A stretch of DNA of 57,971 nt. Source: Clostridiaceae bacterium. GTDB lineage: Bacteria; Bacillota; Clostridia; Acetivibrionales; DUMB01. The notes under the pieces are model-generated. The model saw only the letters and a program-made list of their open reading frames with translations. It was not told the origin of the DNA and searched no databases. How positions within the stretch are numbered: position 1 is the stretch's first letter; every line of letters starts with the position of its first letter. This document shows positions 46,943 through 55,358 of this stretch, piece after piece. The translations under genes were made by a program, and so were the position numbers. The stretch spans positions 1 through 57,971 of the forward strand of contig DULF01000023.1 in the NCBI GenBank assembly GCA_012840535.1. The letters run 5' to 3'.

Positions 46943-47220
46943 CTAAGCTTTTTTCGAATCAACTACATCATTCTTTTTGAAAGTAAGGCTTTCCATTATA
47001 TTAGCTGCTTCTTTGTCTGCGTTTTGTAGTGCATGAGAGTAAACTAAAAGGGTAACACTCGGATTGGCATGACCCGTACGAGAAACAACGGCTCTAGCAT
47101 TCAGGCCTGCATGTATCAACATTGTTGCTGCTGTATGTCTAGGATCATGAAGTCTTATATCAGGTAGATTATTTTTTTTAAGAACCTTTTAAAAATATCA
47201 GTAATGCTATCAGGATGCAT
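46943..47220 (-). pseudogene. Tyrosine-recombinase (phage integrase) C-terminal remnant, frameshifted
   Basis: Own translation: MHPDSITDIFKRFLKK, then an A8 tract that shifts the frame, then LPDIRLHDPRHTAATMLIHAGLNARAVVSRTGHANPSVTLLVYSHAL (the HxLRHT...GH...Y catalytic region). There is no N-terminal part upstream. Confidence 0.7.
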
Positions 47221-47411
47221 TTAAATTTATATTTTATGCATAAAATGTTATAAGTTTTTGAAATAATTTAAATAATGGGTTAGGTTGCACTTTTTCCGGA
47301 AATTAATTTTGTGAGGTCTAGCCAGTCCGGTAACGGGAACCGTTTTCTTTGCCCGCTTTCTTTTTCGCAAAAGAAAGCGGGAGCCTTTTAAAGCCGGTAG
47401 AGTCGCTTCAG

Positions 47412-47552
47412 TTACAGGTACTTTTCTACCCGGTCACCAAATAGTATAATCAGTTGACTTAAAACCTGATCCCAATTCTGGTACCTTTGCGTCCACTTCT
47501 TCATTTCATTCATCGATGCCTGATATAGCATCTTCTCAAGCGATGTGTCCTA
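47412..47552 (-). pseudogene. IS256/Mutator-family transposase C-terminal fragment
   Basis: Own translation: DTSLEKMLYQASMNEMKKWTQRYQNWDQVLSQLIILFGDRVEKYL-stop, matching the conserved ...KKWT.PI.NW......L.I.F.DR tail of IS256-type transposases. An in-frame stop lies upstream. The 13-bp hairpin CCCGCTTTCTTTT/AAAAGAAAGCGGG at 47353-47382 lies 3' of it. Confidence 0.55.
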
Positions 47553-47607
47553 ACGAGTAATTTTCATGCTTTTCATACACAACTTTTTTTACATTCTCAA
47601 GCAATTA

Positions 47608-48372
47608 TTACAGATGCAAATCAAACCATTGTATAACTTCCTGTATCATCTCAGAAGTAAATACATGCGAGGTATCTGGATGAATACTCATTTTAATAAG
47701 AGATTTGTCCTGATACAGGCTTCTGGCGTATTCAATCAATTGTTTTAGAGATTCTGTAGGGACAAATACATCTGCGCCCCCGTTGATGTTTAGCAGGGGA
47801 AAATCTCTGAGTGAGCCAAATGAACGGGCCGGTTGAATCTGTTCTGCGAGTTTTAGTTCTGCGTCAATGATTTCATTTGTGTATGTTGGCTTTTTTTCCT
47901 GTAATAACGATATGGCAACAGGATTTCCCAAAATCTCAGTCCAGTACGGTGTTGCAAGCATAGATGCTGCCGCTTTCACTTTTCTGTCCCTGCGTGTAAT
48001 ATAGTTTAGTGTAATCCATCCGCCCATTGAACCACCGGCCAAGCCAATACGCTTACTGTCAATAATTTTATTTTTCGTATAGTACTCAATTAAACCATTT
48101 ATTTCGTCAGTTGTTTTCAGTACTGCCTCAAGAGGTGTAGGAAGATCGCCGGTGGTATTTCTTTCACCATGGCCATATGCATCAATTAACAATGTATAAT
48201 ACCCACTTTCGGCAAACATGGTGCCCCATGGAAGCATTTCATCCTTTTGCCCGGAAAAACCGTGAATTAAAATAACAAGTGGTTTGCTACAAGTCCAGCT
48301 TTCATCAAAGACTTCATACAGACTGACGCCGTTGACATTGTTTGACTGGGTTTTAATACTCATACTGTTCAT
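47608..48372 (-). CDS. Alpha/beta-fold hydrolase (S9/dienelactone-hydrolase-like)
   Basis: VILIHGFSG oxyanion region, nucleophile elbow GGSMGG, C-terminal His (PDTSHVF). Confidence 0.8.
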   Translation of the reverse strand: MNSMSIKTQSNNVNGVSLYEVFDESWTCSKPLVILIHGFSGQKDEMLPWGTMFAESGYYTLLIDAYGHGERNTTGDLPTPLEAVLKTTDEINGLIEYYTKNKIIDSKRIGLAGGSMGGWITLNYITRRDRKVKAAASMLATPYWTEILGNPVAISLLQEKKPTYTNEIIDAELKLAEQIQPARSFGSLRDFPLLNINGGADVFVPTESLKQLIEYARSLYQDKSLIKMSIHPDTSHVFTSEMIQEVIQWFDLHL

Positions 48373-48402
48373 CTCCTATTGTTGCTTTTTTTGTTGAAGT
48401 AA

Positions 48403-48582
<180 letters not shown>

Positions 48583-48620
48583 TAATTGTAAATTCAAATA
48601 TAAAAAAGGAGGATAACTTT

Positions 48621-49382
48621 ATGTTTGTACAAAAAATTTTCAAAGGCCGTATTCTTCTGATTGCTTTTACTGCCATACTGTTATTGGCGTTTTGTGTATC
48701 TGCGCAACCTGACAAAGCTTACGCAGAAGGGGAACAGACCCCGACAAAAAGGACCATGAGCGTTTCAGGCCAGGGTATTGTTTATGCTTCACCTGACATT
48801 GCTTATGTTTCATTGGGAATTGTAACGGAAAATGCGGATGCTAAAGCTGCACAACAGGAAAATGCAGAAATCATGTCCAAAATAGTTGATGCTATAAAGG
48901 CAGAAGGCATAAAAGCGCAGGACATCAAAACAGAGAGATATTACATAAGCCCAAAATATAGTTATGACAAGGATACTGGTGAAAACAAAATAGTTGGCTA
49001 TACAGTTACAAATTCTGTACAGGTTACTATCAGGGACATATCCAAAACAGGGGCAATTATTGACCTGGCGGCCGACAGTGGCGCTAATATATCAACCAAC
49101 ATAAGTTTTGGATTGAGCGATTATGAAAAGTATTATAACGAAGCACTAAAAATTGCTGTTGAGAAAGCGAAGAAAAGAGCCCAAACTATTGCTTCGGTTC
49201 TTGGAGTTACAATTGATGTGCCGGTTTCGGTAAGCGAGAGCGGTGGTTACGAGCCGATATACAGCTACAACTATAATTACAGCTATGATATAAGAGTAGA
49301 TGAAGCAGAAGCAGTCCCTACGCCTATAGAATCAGGGACAATTACCGTGAGGGCAAATGTGCATATGGTTTATGAATATTAA
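48621..49382 (+). CDS. SIMPL-domain (DUF541/BP26-like) secreted protein
   Basis: Signal peptide, then RTMSVSGQGIVYASPDIAYVSLGIVTENADAKAAQQENAE...VGYTVTNSVQVTIRDISKTGAIIDLA...YYNEALKIAVEKAKKRAQ. Confidence 0.8.
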   Translation: MFVQKIFKGRILLIAFTAILLLAFCVSAQPDKAYAEGEQTPTKRTMSVSGQGIVYASPDIAYVSLGIVTENADAKAAQQENAEIMSKIVDAIKAEGIKAQDIKTERYYISPKYSYDKDTGENKIVGYTVTNSVQVTIRDISKTGAIIDLAADSGANISTNISFGLSDYEKYYNEALKIAVEKAKKRAQTIASVLGVTIDVPVSVSESGGYEPIYSYNYNYSYDIRVDEAEAVPTPIESGTITVRANVHMVYEY

Positions 49383-49486
49383 TGCTTGTACAGCCATAGT
49401 CAATTAAATTTCCTGCTATTGTCATAAAATTTCAAACAATTGTAAAACCTAAAAGATAATACATTAATATTTTAGGAGGTTTGACT

Positions 49487-50044
49487 ATGGCTGTTCAAAA
49501 CGACATGACTGCTGATTTTCTACGTTCTGCTTATGGCGGGGAAAGCATGGCCCACATGCGTTATCTTATCTGGGGAGAAATGGCAGGTAAAGAGGGCTTT
49601 GCAAATGTAAAGAGGCTATTTGAGGCAATTGCCTACTCCGAATGGGCGCATGCCAACAACCATTTTCGTGAACTGGGAGAACGAAAAGGCGGTGCAGACG
49701 TTTCGGCCGGGGCAGTATTTGGCGCAGGAAAAACAGTGGACAATTTGCAGGGTGCCATTGATGGGGAACTGCATGAAGTAAACCAAATGTATCCGGTTTT
49801 CTTGGAAGCTGCCCGTTTTCAAAATGAAAAGGGCGCAGAAAGAGCATTTTCATATGCCCTTGAGGCGGAAAAAATTCATGCGAAGCTTTTTAAGGAAGCA
49901 CAAGACCAGGTAAGACAAGGCAGGGACATGGACCTTGGCGCAGTGCATATATGCCCCGTATGCGGTTATACAGGGGTAGGTGAAGCTCCCGATGTATGCC
50001 CCATTTGCAGCGCAAATAAGGATAAGTTCAGGATTTTCGCATGA
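49487..50044 (+). CDS. rbr: Rubrerythrin
   Basis: Di-iron four-helix-bundle motifs (GESMAHMRY, EWAHANNH, EVNQMYP, EAEKIHAKLF) plus C-terminal rubredoxin CPVCGY...CPICS. AGGAGG SD before ATG 49487. Confidence 0.92.
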   Translation: MAVQNDMTADFLRSAYGGESMAHMRYLIWGEMAGKEGFANVKRLFEAIAYSEWAHANNHFRELGERKGGADVSAGAVFGAGKTVDNLQGAIDGELHEVNQMYPVFLEAARFQNEKGAERAFSYALEAEKIHAKLFKEAQDQVRQGRDMDLGAVHICPVCGYTGVGEAPDVCPICSANKDKFRIFA

Positions 50045-50232
50045 TAAATGTTTCAAGTTAATTTTTCACGTTTTAATAAATAATTAATAAAAAAGGGACT
50101 TTAAAGAAAGTTCCTTTTTTATTATAAGACTACCGTGCATAATGCTTCTAAGCTTGTTGATATTTTAGCCGGTATATTGTTAAAATATATTTATATGTGA
50201 ATAATATTTCAGAGTCTAGTGAGGTCTTGAAT

Positions 50233-50901
50233 ATGGAAATTAATGAAATTTTGAGCAAGGTTGACCATACATTGCTGAAGATAACAGCATCATGGGAAGA
50301 AATTAAAAATGTCTGCGATGAAGGAATAGAATACAAAACCGCTTCGGTTTGCATTCCTCCCTCTTTCGTTGTGAAAGCAAAGGAATACGTCGGCGATAAG
50401 TTGACTATTTGTACTGTAGCTGGTTTCCCAAACGGCTATAACACAACCGAAGCAAAAGTGTACGAAGCAAAAAACGCTATAAAAAACGGCGCTGACGAGA
50501 TTGACATGGTAATCAACATAGGGATGCTCAAGTCCGGAAACCTGCAATTTGTTGAAGATGATATCAAAGCAGTGAAAGAGGCTGTGGGAGACAAAATTTT
50601 AAAGGTTATTATTGAAACCGGTGTTCTAACCAATGAAGAAAAAATAGCAATGTGCAAAATAGTTACAAACGCAGGCGCAGATTTTATTAAAACCTCTACG
50701 GGCTTCTCCACTGGCGGAGCTACCAGGGAGGATATAAAGCTGTTTGCCGAAAACGTGGGAAATGGAGTACGTATAAAGGCGGCAGGTGGAATCAAAACGT
50801 TAAAAGACGCGGAGGATTTTATCAGATTAGGAGCTTCCAGGATAGGGTCAAGCTCAATAATAAGTTATGTGAAAAACCGGCAGCACAACTCCGCTTATTA
50901 A
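50233..50901 (+). CDS. deoC: Deoxyribose-phosphate aldolase
   Basis: VDHTLLK...SVCIPPSFV...TVAGFPNG...[11 protein letters not shown]...DFIKTSTGF...IKAAGGI. Confidence 0.92.
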   Translation: MEINEILSKVDHTLLKITASWEEIKNVCDEGIEYKTASVCIPPSFVVKAKEYVGDKLTICTVAGFPNGYNTTEAKVYEAKNAIKNGADEIDMVINIGMLKSGNLQFVEDDIKAVKEAVGDKILKVIIETGVLTNEEKIAMCKIVTNAGADFIKTSTGFSTGGATREDIKLFAENVGNGVRIKAAGGIKTLKDAEDFIRLGASRIGSSSIISYVKNRQHNSAY

Positions 50902-50910
50902 GCTATGGAA

Positions 50911-50998
50911 GGAGTGTCCCCTTTTGTATTGCAGCCTGTCTGTGACGGAACTTAGCTGCTGGAGTCTGCTTTATCTCATGCCTTTTTGGGGACACTAC
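50911..50998. repeat. Inverted repeat AGTGTCCCC / GGGGACACT separated by about 66 nt, 3' of deoC
   Basis: Arms at 50913-50921 and 50888-50896 (complement). The spacer contains GACGGAAC, reminiscent of the GGGGACGGTTC motif. Confidence 0.45.
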
Positions 50999-51012
50999 TT
51001 AACGTTTAATCT

Positions 51013-51161
51013 AAATAGAAAAGAAAGGAGTGAGCAAAAGAGGAAACAATATAGTATAGAGACCAGAAAACAGAAGTGAAAAAACTGATCAATAAAGGAT
51101 TTCGAAGAAAAGCCCGGCTTTTAACTCTTCTGTTCTCTGTTCCCTGTTCTCTGTTCTCTGG
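51013..51161. repeat. Heptad-arm element: purine-rich arm, centre with TTCGAAG, then four in-phase CTGTTCY heptamers
   Basis: CTGTTCT CTGTTCC CTGTTCT CTGTTCT at 51130-51157. The degenerate purine arm at 51013-51085 includes AGAAAAG, AGACCAG and AAAACAG. Confidence 0.65.
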
Positions 51162-51183
51162 TATGGAGTTTCCCCTTACCGCT

Positions 51184-52506
51184 ATGCGAATGTACGATAT
51201 TATTAAGAAAAAAAGGGACGGCGGCGTTCTTACCGACGAAGAAATCAAATTTTTCGTTGAAGGCTATACAAATGGCAGAATCCCGGATTATCAAGCAGCT
51301 GCCTTGATGATGGCAATATACTTTAAAGGAATGAACGACCACGAAACCTCCATGCTCACCAAATACATGGCAGAGTCAGGTGACATGGTGGATCTCTCTT
51401 CAATTCCCGGAATCAAGGTTGACAAACACAGTACGGGAGGCGTAGGTGATAAGACTACATTGGTAATTGGGCCTATAGTCGCTTCCTGCGGTGTACCTGT
51501 TGCAAAAATGTCCGGCCGCGGGCTTGGCCATACAGGCGGTACACTGGATAAACTGGAGTCCATACCAAATTTTAAGACTTCCATTTCCACTTCGGATTTT
51601 CTTGAGATTGTAAAAAAAGTGGGATTGAGTGTAGTTGGCCAGACAGGCAATCTTGCACCTGCTGATAAAAAGCTTTATGCACTGAGGGATGTAACTGCCA
51701 CAGTAGATAACATATCCCTGATTGCAGCAAGCATTATGAGTAAAAAAATTGCCGCAGGTTCAGATGCCATCTTATTAGACGTCAAGACAGGCAGCGGAGC
51801 ATTTATGAAAACAATTGACGCTTCCATCGAGCTTGCCCGGACAATGGTAGCCATAGGAGAGCGTGTAGGCAGAAAGACAGTCGCATTAATCACCGACATG
51901 GACAGGCCCTTAGGGAACGCCATAGGCAATTCGCTTGAGGTAATTGAAGCAATAGATACTTTAAATGGACACGGGCCCTCAGACTTCACCGAGATTTGCC
52001 TGTATCTTTCCGCTAACATGCTGTATCTTGCCCAAAAAGGCAGCATAGAGGAGTGTATGAAACTTGCCAAAGATGCCCTTGAAAGCGGTCATGCGCTGGC
52101 AAAATTCAAAGAAATGGTAGCCGCCCAAGGCGGAGATGTGTCCGTCATCGATAACACGAACCTTTTTAAGAAGTCACCTATTGTACATGAGGTTACCGCG
52201 GACCAGGACGGCTGGATTACATCCATGGATACAGAACGCTGCGGTATTGCCTCTGCAATACTGGGAGCAGGCAGAGAAAATAAAGATGACGTCATTGACC
52301 ACAGCGCAGGAATAGTATTAAAAGCAAAAACAGGGGACAGTGTAAGTAAAGGTCAAGTGCTTGCAGAATTGCATACCTCAAGATCAGATGCTGTCAGAAC
52401 CGCTGAAGGCATGTTAAAACAAGCAATCACCATAGGTCCAAACCGTCCTCCGGTTGCTTCTCTAATACATGCAAGAGTCAGCATTGATTCAATAGAAAAA
52501 TATTGA
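51184..52506 (+). CDS. pdp: Pyrimidine-nucleoside (thymidine) phosphorylase
   Basis: MRMYDIIKKKRDGGVLTDEEIKFFV...DKHSTGGVGDKT...SGRGLGHTGGTLDKLE. The upstream part of the track ORF translates the heptamer repeat (LLFSVPCSLFSG) and is rejected. Confidence 0.93.
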   Translation: MRMYDIIKKKRDGGVLTDEEIKFFVEGYTNGRIPDYQAAALMMAIYFKGMNDHETSMLTKYMAESGDMVDLSSIPGIKVDKHSTGGVGDKTTLVIGPIVASCGVPVAKMSGRGLGHTGGTLDKLESIPNFKTSISTSDFLEIVKKVGLSVVGQTGNLAPADKKLYALRDVTATVDNISLIAASIMSKKIAAGSDAILLDVKTGSGAFMKTIDASIELARTMVAIGERVGRKTVALITDMDRPLGNAIGNSLEVIEAIDTLNGHGPSDFTEICLYLSANMLYLAQKGSIEECMKLAKDALESGHALAKFKEMVAAQGGDVSVIDNTNLFKKSPIVHEVTADQDGWITSMDTERCGIASAILGAGRENKDDVIDHSAGIVLKAKTGDSVSKGQVLAELHTSRSDAVRTAEGMLKQAITIGPNRPPVASLIHARVSIDSIEKY

Positions 52507-52537
52507 AATACCTGTATATAGTTTTATTTAAGGCTTG

Positions 52538-52963
52538 TTAATGATATTGAGCAGATCTCCTATAGCTACCGCTACCCCTTTTTGACTCGAAATTCTTTTT
52601 CAGGTCCTGCATTCTTTCGTCGCTGTCTTTCATAAATTTGGCCAGTCTTTCCTCAAATGTCATTTTCTCTGTGTTGGTTTTGCCCCAGTCATATTCATCC
52701 GGCCCTTTTGATTTTGCCACAGAATTGTCCTCCAGAGCCTTTTTTATTGATAGACTGATTTTCCCATTGTTGTCGACTGAAAGAATTTTGACTTTGACCG
52801 ATTGGTTTTCTTTTAGATGTGCTTTAACATCTTTTACATACTCATTTGCAACCTCAGAGATGTGGACTAAACCTACTTTCCCACCAGGTAGTTGAATAAA
52901 GGCTCCAAAACTTGTTATTCCTGAAACCTTTCCTTCAACTATTTTCCCTACCTCAACCAACAT
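52538..52963 (-). CDS. S1 RNA-binding domain protein (YabR-like)
   Basis: VGKIVEGKVSGITSFGAFIQLPGGKVGLVHISEVANEYVKDV S1 fold. Position after divIC as in Bacillus. Confidence 0.85.
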   Translation of the reverse strand: MLVEVGKIVEGKVSGITSFGAFIQLPGGKVGLVHISEVANEYVKDVKAHLKENQSVKVKILSVDNNGKISLSIKKALEDNSVAKSKGPDEYDWGKTNTEKMTFEERLAKFMKDSDERMQDLKKNFESKRGSGSYRRSAQYH

Positions 52964-53097
52964 AAAAAAAGAAATCCTCCTTAAAATTTTCTAAAGTAAT
53001 TCGATTATATAGCATAATAAATATTTCGTCAAGCTAGAAAATATAGGGGTTATAAAGCAATTAGGAAATATTTACAGGATATATTTGATTAACATTT

Positions 53098-53376
53098 TCA
53101 TCTGTTAACATCAACAAAAACTTTCTCCCCGCGTTTTACCATGCCCAGTTTTTCCCTGGCAATTTTTTCGACATATTCATCCGTATTTATCATTTCCTTT
53201 TGTTGTCTCAATTCCTCGTTAAGTCTTTTCTCTTCTGCTATTTTATCCTGCAAGTTTTGCATTTCAAGGGTTTTAGCATTAATTAATTTTTGCTGGTCAA
53301 TAAATACAAACGTAAAGTAAATAAGAGCCCCAATAATTATAAGCAGTCCGATTTTTGAGCTTTTCTTTTTGTTCAT
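53098..53376 (-). CDS. divIC: Septum-formation initiator family protein (DivIC/FtsB)
   Basis: One TM helix, a coiled coil and C-terminal EKIAREKLGMVKRGEKVF. GAGAGGGA SD before ATG 53376. Confidence 0.8.
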   Translation of the reverse strand: MNKKKSSKIGLLIIIGALIYFTFVFIDQQKLINAKTLEMQNLQDKIAEEKRLNEELRQQKEMINTDEYVEKIAREKLGMVKRGEKVFVDVNR

Positions 53377-53480
53377 CAGAATCCCTCTCAAGTAATTCTA
53401 TCTTTTGTAAATGAAAGAATAAAAGCTATATTTATATTATAATATTATTATTCTATAAAAATATGTAAAATCCTTTATTT

Positions 53481-53990
53481 TTAAATTTTTTTCCTCGCGT
53501 TTCTGAACACCTTGTTCCAAAACTTTATTTTTACAGCATTGCCCCGTCCTATGTGTTTTACTCTCCGAAATACTTTTCTTGACAGCTTTATAAAAAATCT
53601 GACAGGGTAGCTCAGCAATTTGAATATTATCCTGAAAGGGTAAGTTAATACCTTCCATATAAACTTAAATATTTTATAAACCGTTCTTAGTATAAACAGA
53701 AATGACTTTATGACAATTCTGCTGAACAGAAGAGTATATAATGTTATTCCTATAGCCGTTCCAATAAAAATATAGCCCCTGATTTCGCCTTCATTGCTAT
53801 AATAAATGACAGCAAACATGATTAGGGCAACAATGACCCAAAAAATCAGATCTTCTATATAAATAAAGATACTGCTTGTCTTTATAGCTCTCCTCTTGAT
53901 TCTAAATAGGTCATAAACAAGTGCTATAATCATTCCTCCGGCAATGGAACACAAAAATATGTAGACCTGGTTTTCTACGGTAATCGGCAA
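53481..53990 (-). CDS. yabQ: Spore cortex biosynthesis protein YabQ
   Basis: Polytopic small membrane protein (GGMIIALVYDLFRIKRR) directly downstream of yabP. Confidence 0.75.
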   Translation of the reverse strand: MPITVENQVYIFLCSIAGGMIIALVYDLFRIKRRAIKTSSIFIYIEDLIFWVIVALIMFAVIYYSNEGEIRGYIFIGTAIGITLYTLLFSRIVIKSFLFILRTVYKIFKFIWKVLTYPFRIIFKLLSYPVRFFIKLSRKVFRRVKHIGRGNAVKIKFWNKVFRNARKKI

Positions 53991-54007
53991 TTTATATCAC
54001 CGATCCT

Positions 54008-54301
54008 TTACTTGAACATCCTGCTGAAAAATCCCATGCCTTTGGATCTGGAACTCTCTCTGTCACTGTATTCGCAACTTATAATGTCTCCCTCAACAAT
54101 TAATTCCGAGCTATCCAGGTTAAGTTTGTTAATATGTAAGTCCTCGCCCCTGATAATTAATACACCCAGTTCAGTGTCTACTATAATGCTTTCATCGTTG
54201 AAACTCTCAACGTCAATTACACCTGAAACACTCATTTTCTCTCTATTTTCAATAATGATGTTCTGTACCTTCGGCTTTGAAATCTTCTTTTCCTCCACCA
54301 T
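54008..54301 (-). CDS. yabP: Sporulation protein YabP
   Basis: IIENREKMSVSGVIDVESFNDESIIVDTELGVLIIRGEDLHINKLNLDSSELIVEGDI. Confidence 0.85.
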   Translation of the reverse strand: MVEEKKISKPKVQNIIIENREKMSVSGVIDVESFNDESIIVDTELGVLIIRGEDLHINKLNLDSSELIVEGDIISCEYSDRESSRSKGMGFFSRMFK

Positions 54302-54436
54302 CCTGCTACCCCCTGATATCCAGATTAAATCATATTAACTGCCAAGCTAGTTTAATGCATACCTATGCCCTGTACATATGCCACACTAAATAATATGCAT
54401 GTACAAACAAAAAAATAACCTATTGTTCTATATTGC

Positions 54437-54476
54437 CTACTGTAATAGGCTTGATAAATCAAGCCCATTACGGTAG
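54437..54476. repeat. 19-bp imperfect hairpin CTACTGTAATAGGCTTGAT / ATCAAGCCCATTACGGTAG
   Basis: Read directly: two non-Watson-Crick positions and a 2-nt centre. Confidence 0.6.
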
Positions 54477-54477
54477 C

Positions 54478-54650
54478 AGGTTAGGGGTTAGAGGTTATAG
54501 GTTAAAATAGGAGATATCTGTGGTCTCCAGATAAATTATTTATTCAGATAAAATGATGTACGGGCGACCAAAGGTCGCCCGTACATTTACCTCTCATCTC
54601 TTACCTCATACCTCTTTTCTCTTACCTCTTACCCTTTTCCTCTTACCTGA
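54478..54650. repeat. Heptad-arm element with central GC-rich perfect hairpin
   Basis: Left arm AGGTTAG GGGTTAG AGGTTAT AGGTTAA (54478-54505). Centre has the 14-bp stem ATGTACGGGCGACC-AAA-GGTCGCCCGTACAT (54556-54586). Right arm has nine in-phase TACCTCT-type heptamers (54588-54650), the last containing the yabO stop codon. Confidence 0.75.
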
Positions 54651-54882
54651 TCCTGTACATCTCTTTTGCTTCAGCTTTTGATACATGTTCGGTAACAGAA
54701 ATGACCTCAACACGGGTAATTGCATTGCCAAACTGTATTTCAATAATATCGCCAGGTTTTACATCCGAACCCGGCTTTGCAACCTTACCGTTAATTTTTA
54801 CCCGGCCCTGATCGCATGCTTCATTTGCCAGTGTGCGCCTTTTAATGAGTCTTGAAACCTTAAGAAATTTATCAATACGCAT
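54643..54882 (-). CDS. S4-domain RNA-binding protein (YabO/Hsp15-like)
   Basis: MRIDKFLKVSRLIKRRTLANEACDQGRVKINGKVAKPGSDVKPGD. AGGGGG SD before ATG 54882. Confidence 0.85.
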   Translation of the reverse strand: MRIDKFLKVSRLIKRRTLANEACDQGRVKINGKVAKPGSDVKPGDIIEIQFGNAITRVEVISVTEHVSKAEAKEMYRIR

Positions 54883-54903
54883 GATTAGACCCCCTGATGC
54901 CAA

Positions 54904-55036
54904 AGAATAGAGAATAGAGAAAAGAGAACAGAAAACAGAGAACAGAGAATAGTTTCTACAAGAACCATAGACATGGCATTGCTTCGAAGCCTTGTATTAA
55001 TCTGTTCTCCCACTTCTGTTCCCTGTTCCCTGTAAC
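54904..55036. repeat. Heptad-arm element filling the hup-yabO intergenic space
   Basis: Seven in-phase purine heptamers AGAATAG AGAATAG AGAAAAG AGAACAG AAAACAG AGAACAG AGAATAG (54904-54952). Centre has GCTTCGAAGC and ACAAGAACC. Pyrimidine arm CTGTTCT CCCACTT CTGTTCC CTGTTCC CTGTAAC (55002-55036). Confidence 0.75.
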
Positions 55037-55312
55037 CTACTTGTTTACTGATTCCTTCAGAGCTTTTCCTACTCTGAAAATAGGTATCTTTGATGCTTTA
55101 ATAGTTATTTCCTCTTTAGTCTGGGGATTTCTTCCCTTCCTCTCAGCTCTTTGACGTACTTCAAAAGAACCAAATCCTACCAGCTGGACTTTTTCACCTC
55201 TTGCCAACGCTTCCTCAATACTGCTAAGTACAGCGTTGAGAGCTTGCTCTGCATCCTTCTTTGACAAATTGCTCTTTTGGGCAATACTTGCAACTAGATC
55301 TGCCTTATTCAT
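55037..55312 (-). CDS. hup: HU-family DNA-binding protein
   Basis: [65 protein letters not shown]. Confidence 0.95.
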   Translation of the reverse strand: MNKADLVASIAQKSNLSKKDAEQALNAVLSSIEEALARGEKVQLVGFGSFEVRQRAERKGRNPQTKEEITIKASKIPIFRVGKALKESVNK

Positions 55313-55358
55313 TAATTTCCCTCCTTTTCCTTTTCACCAAATACTTACAGTCTCATGT

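Noticed and set aside
51076-51183. N-terminal extension of pdp in the ORF track (MKKLINKGFRRKARLLTLLFSVPCSLFSGMEFPLTA).
   Set aside because: The extension is the heptamer repeat read in frame. Pdp homologs start at MRM(Y/V)D, which matches the ATG at 51184.
54478-55036. Regularly spaced short repeats considered as a CRISPR array.
   Set aside because: The period is 7 nt with no spacers, the arrays are inverted purine/pyrimidine arms, and there are no cas genes. This is not CRISPR.
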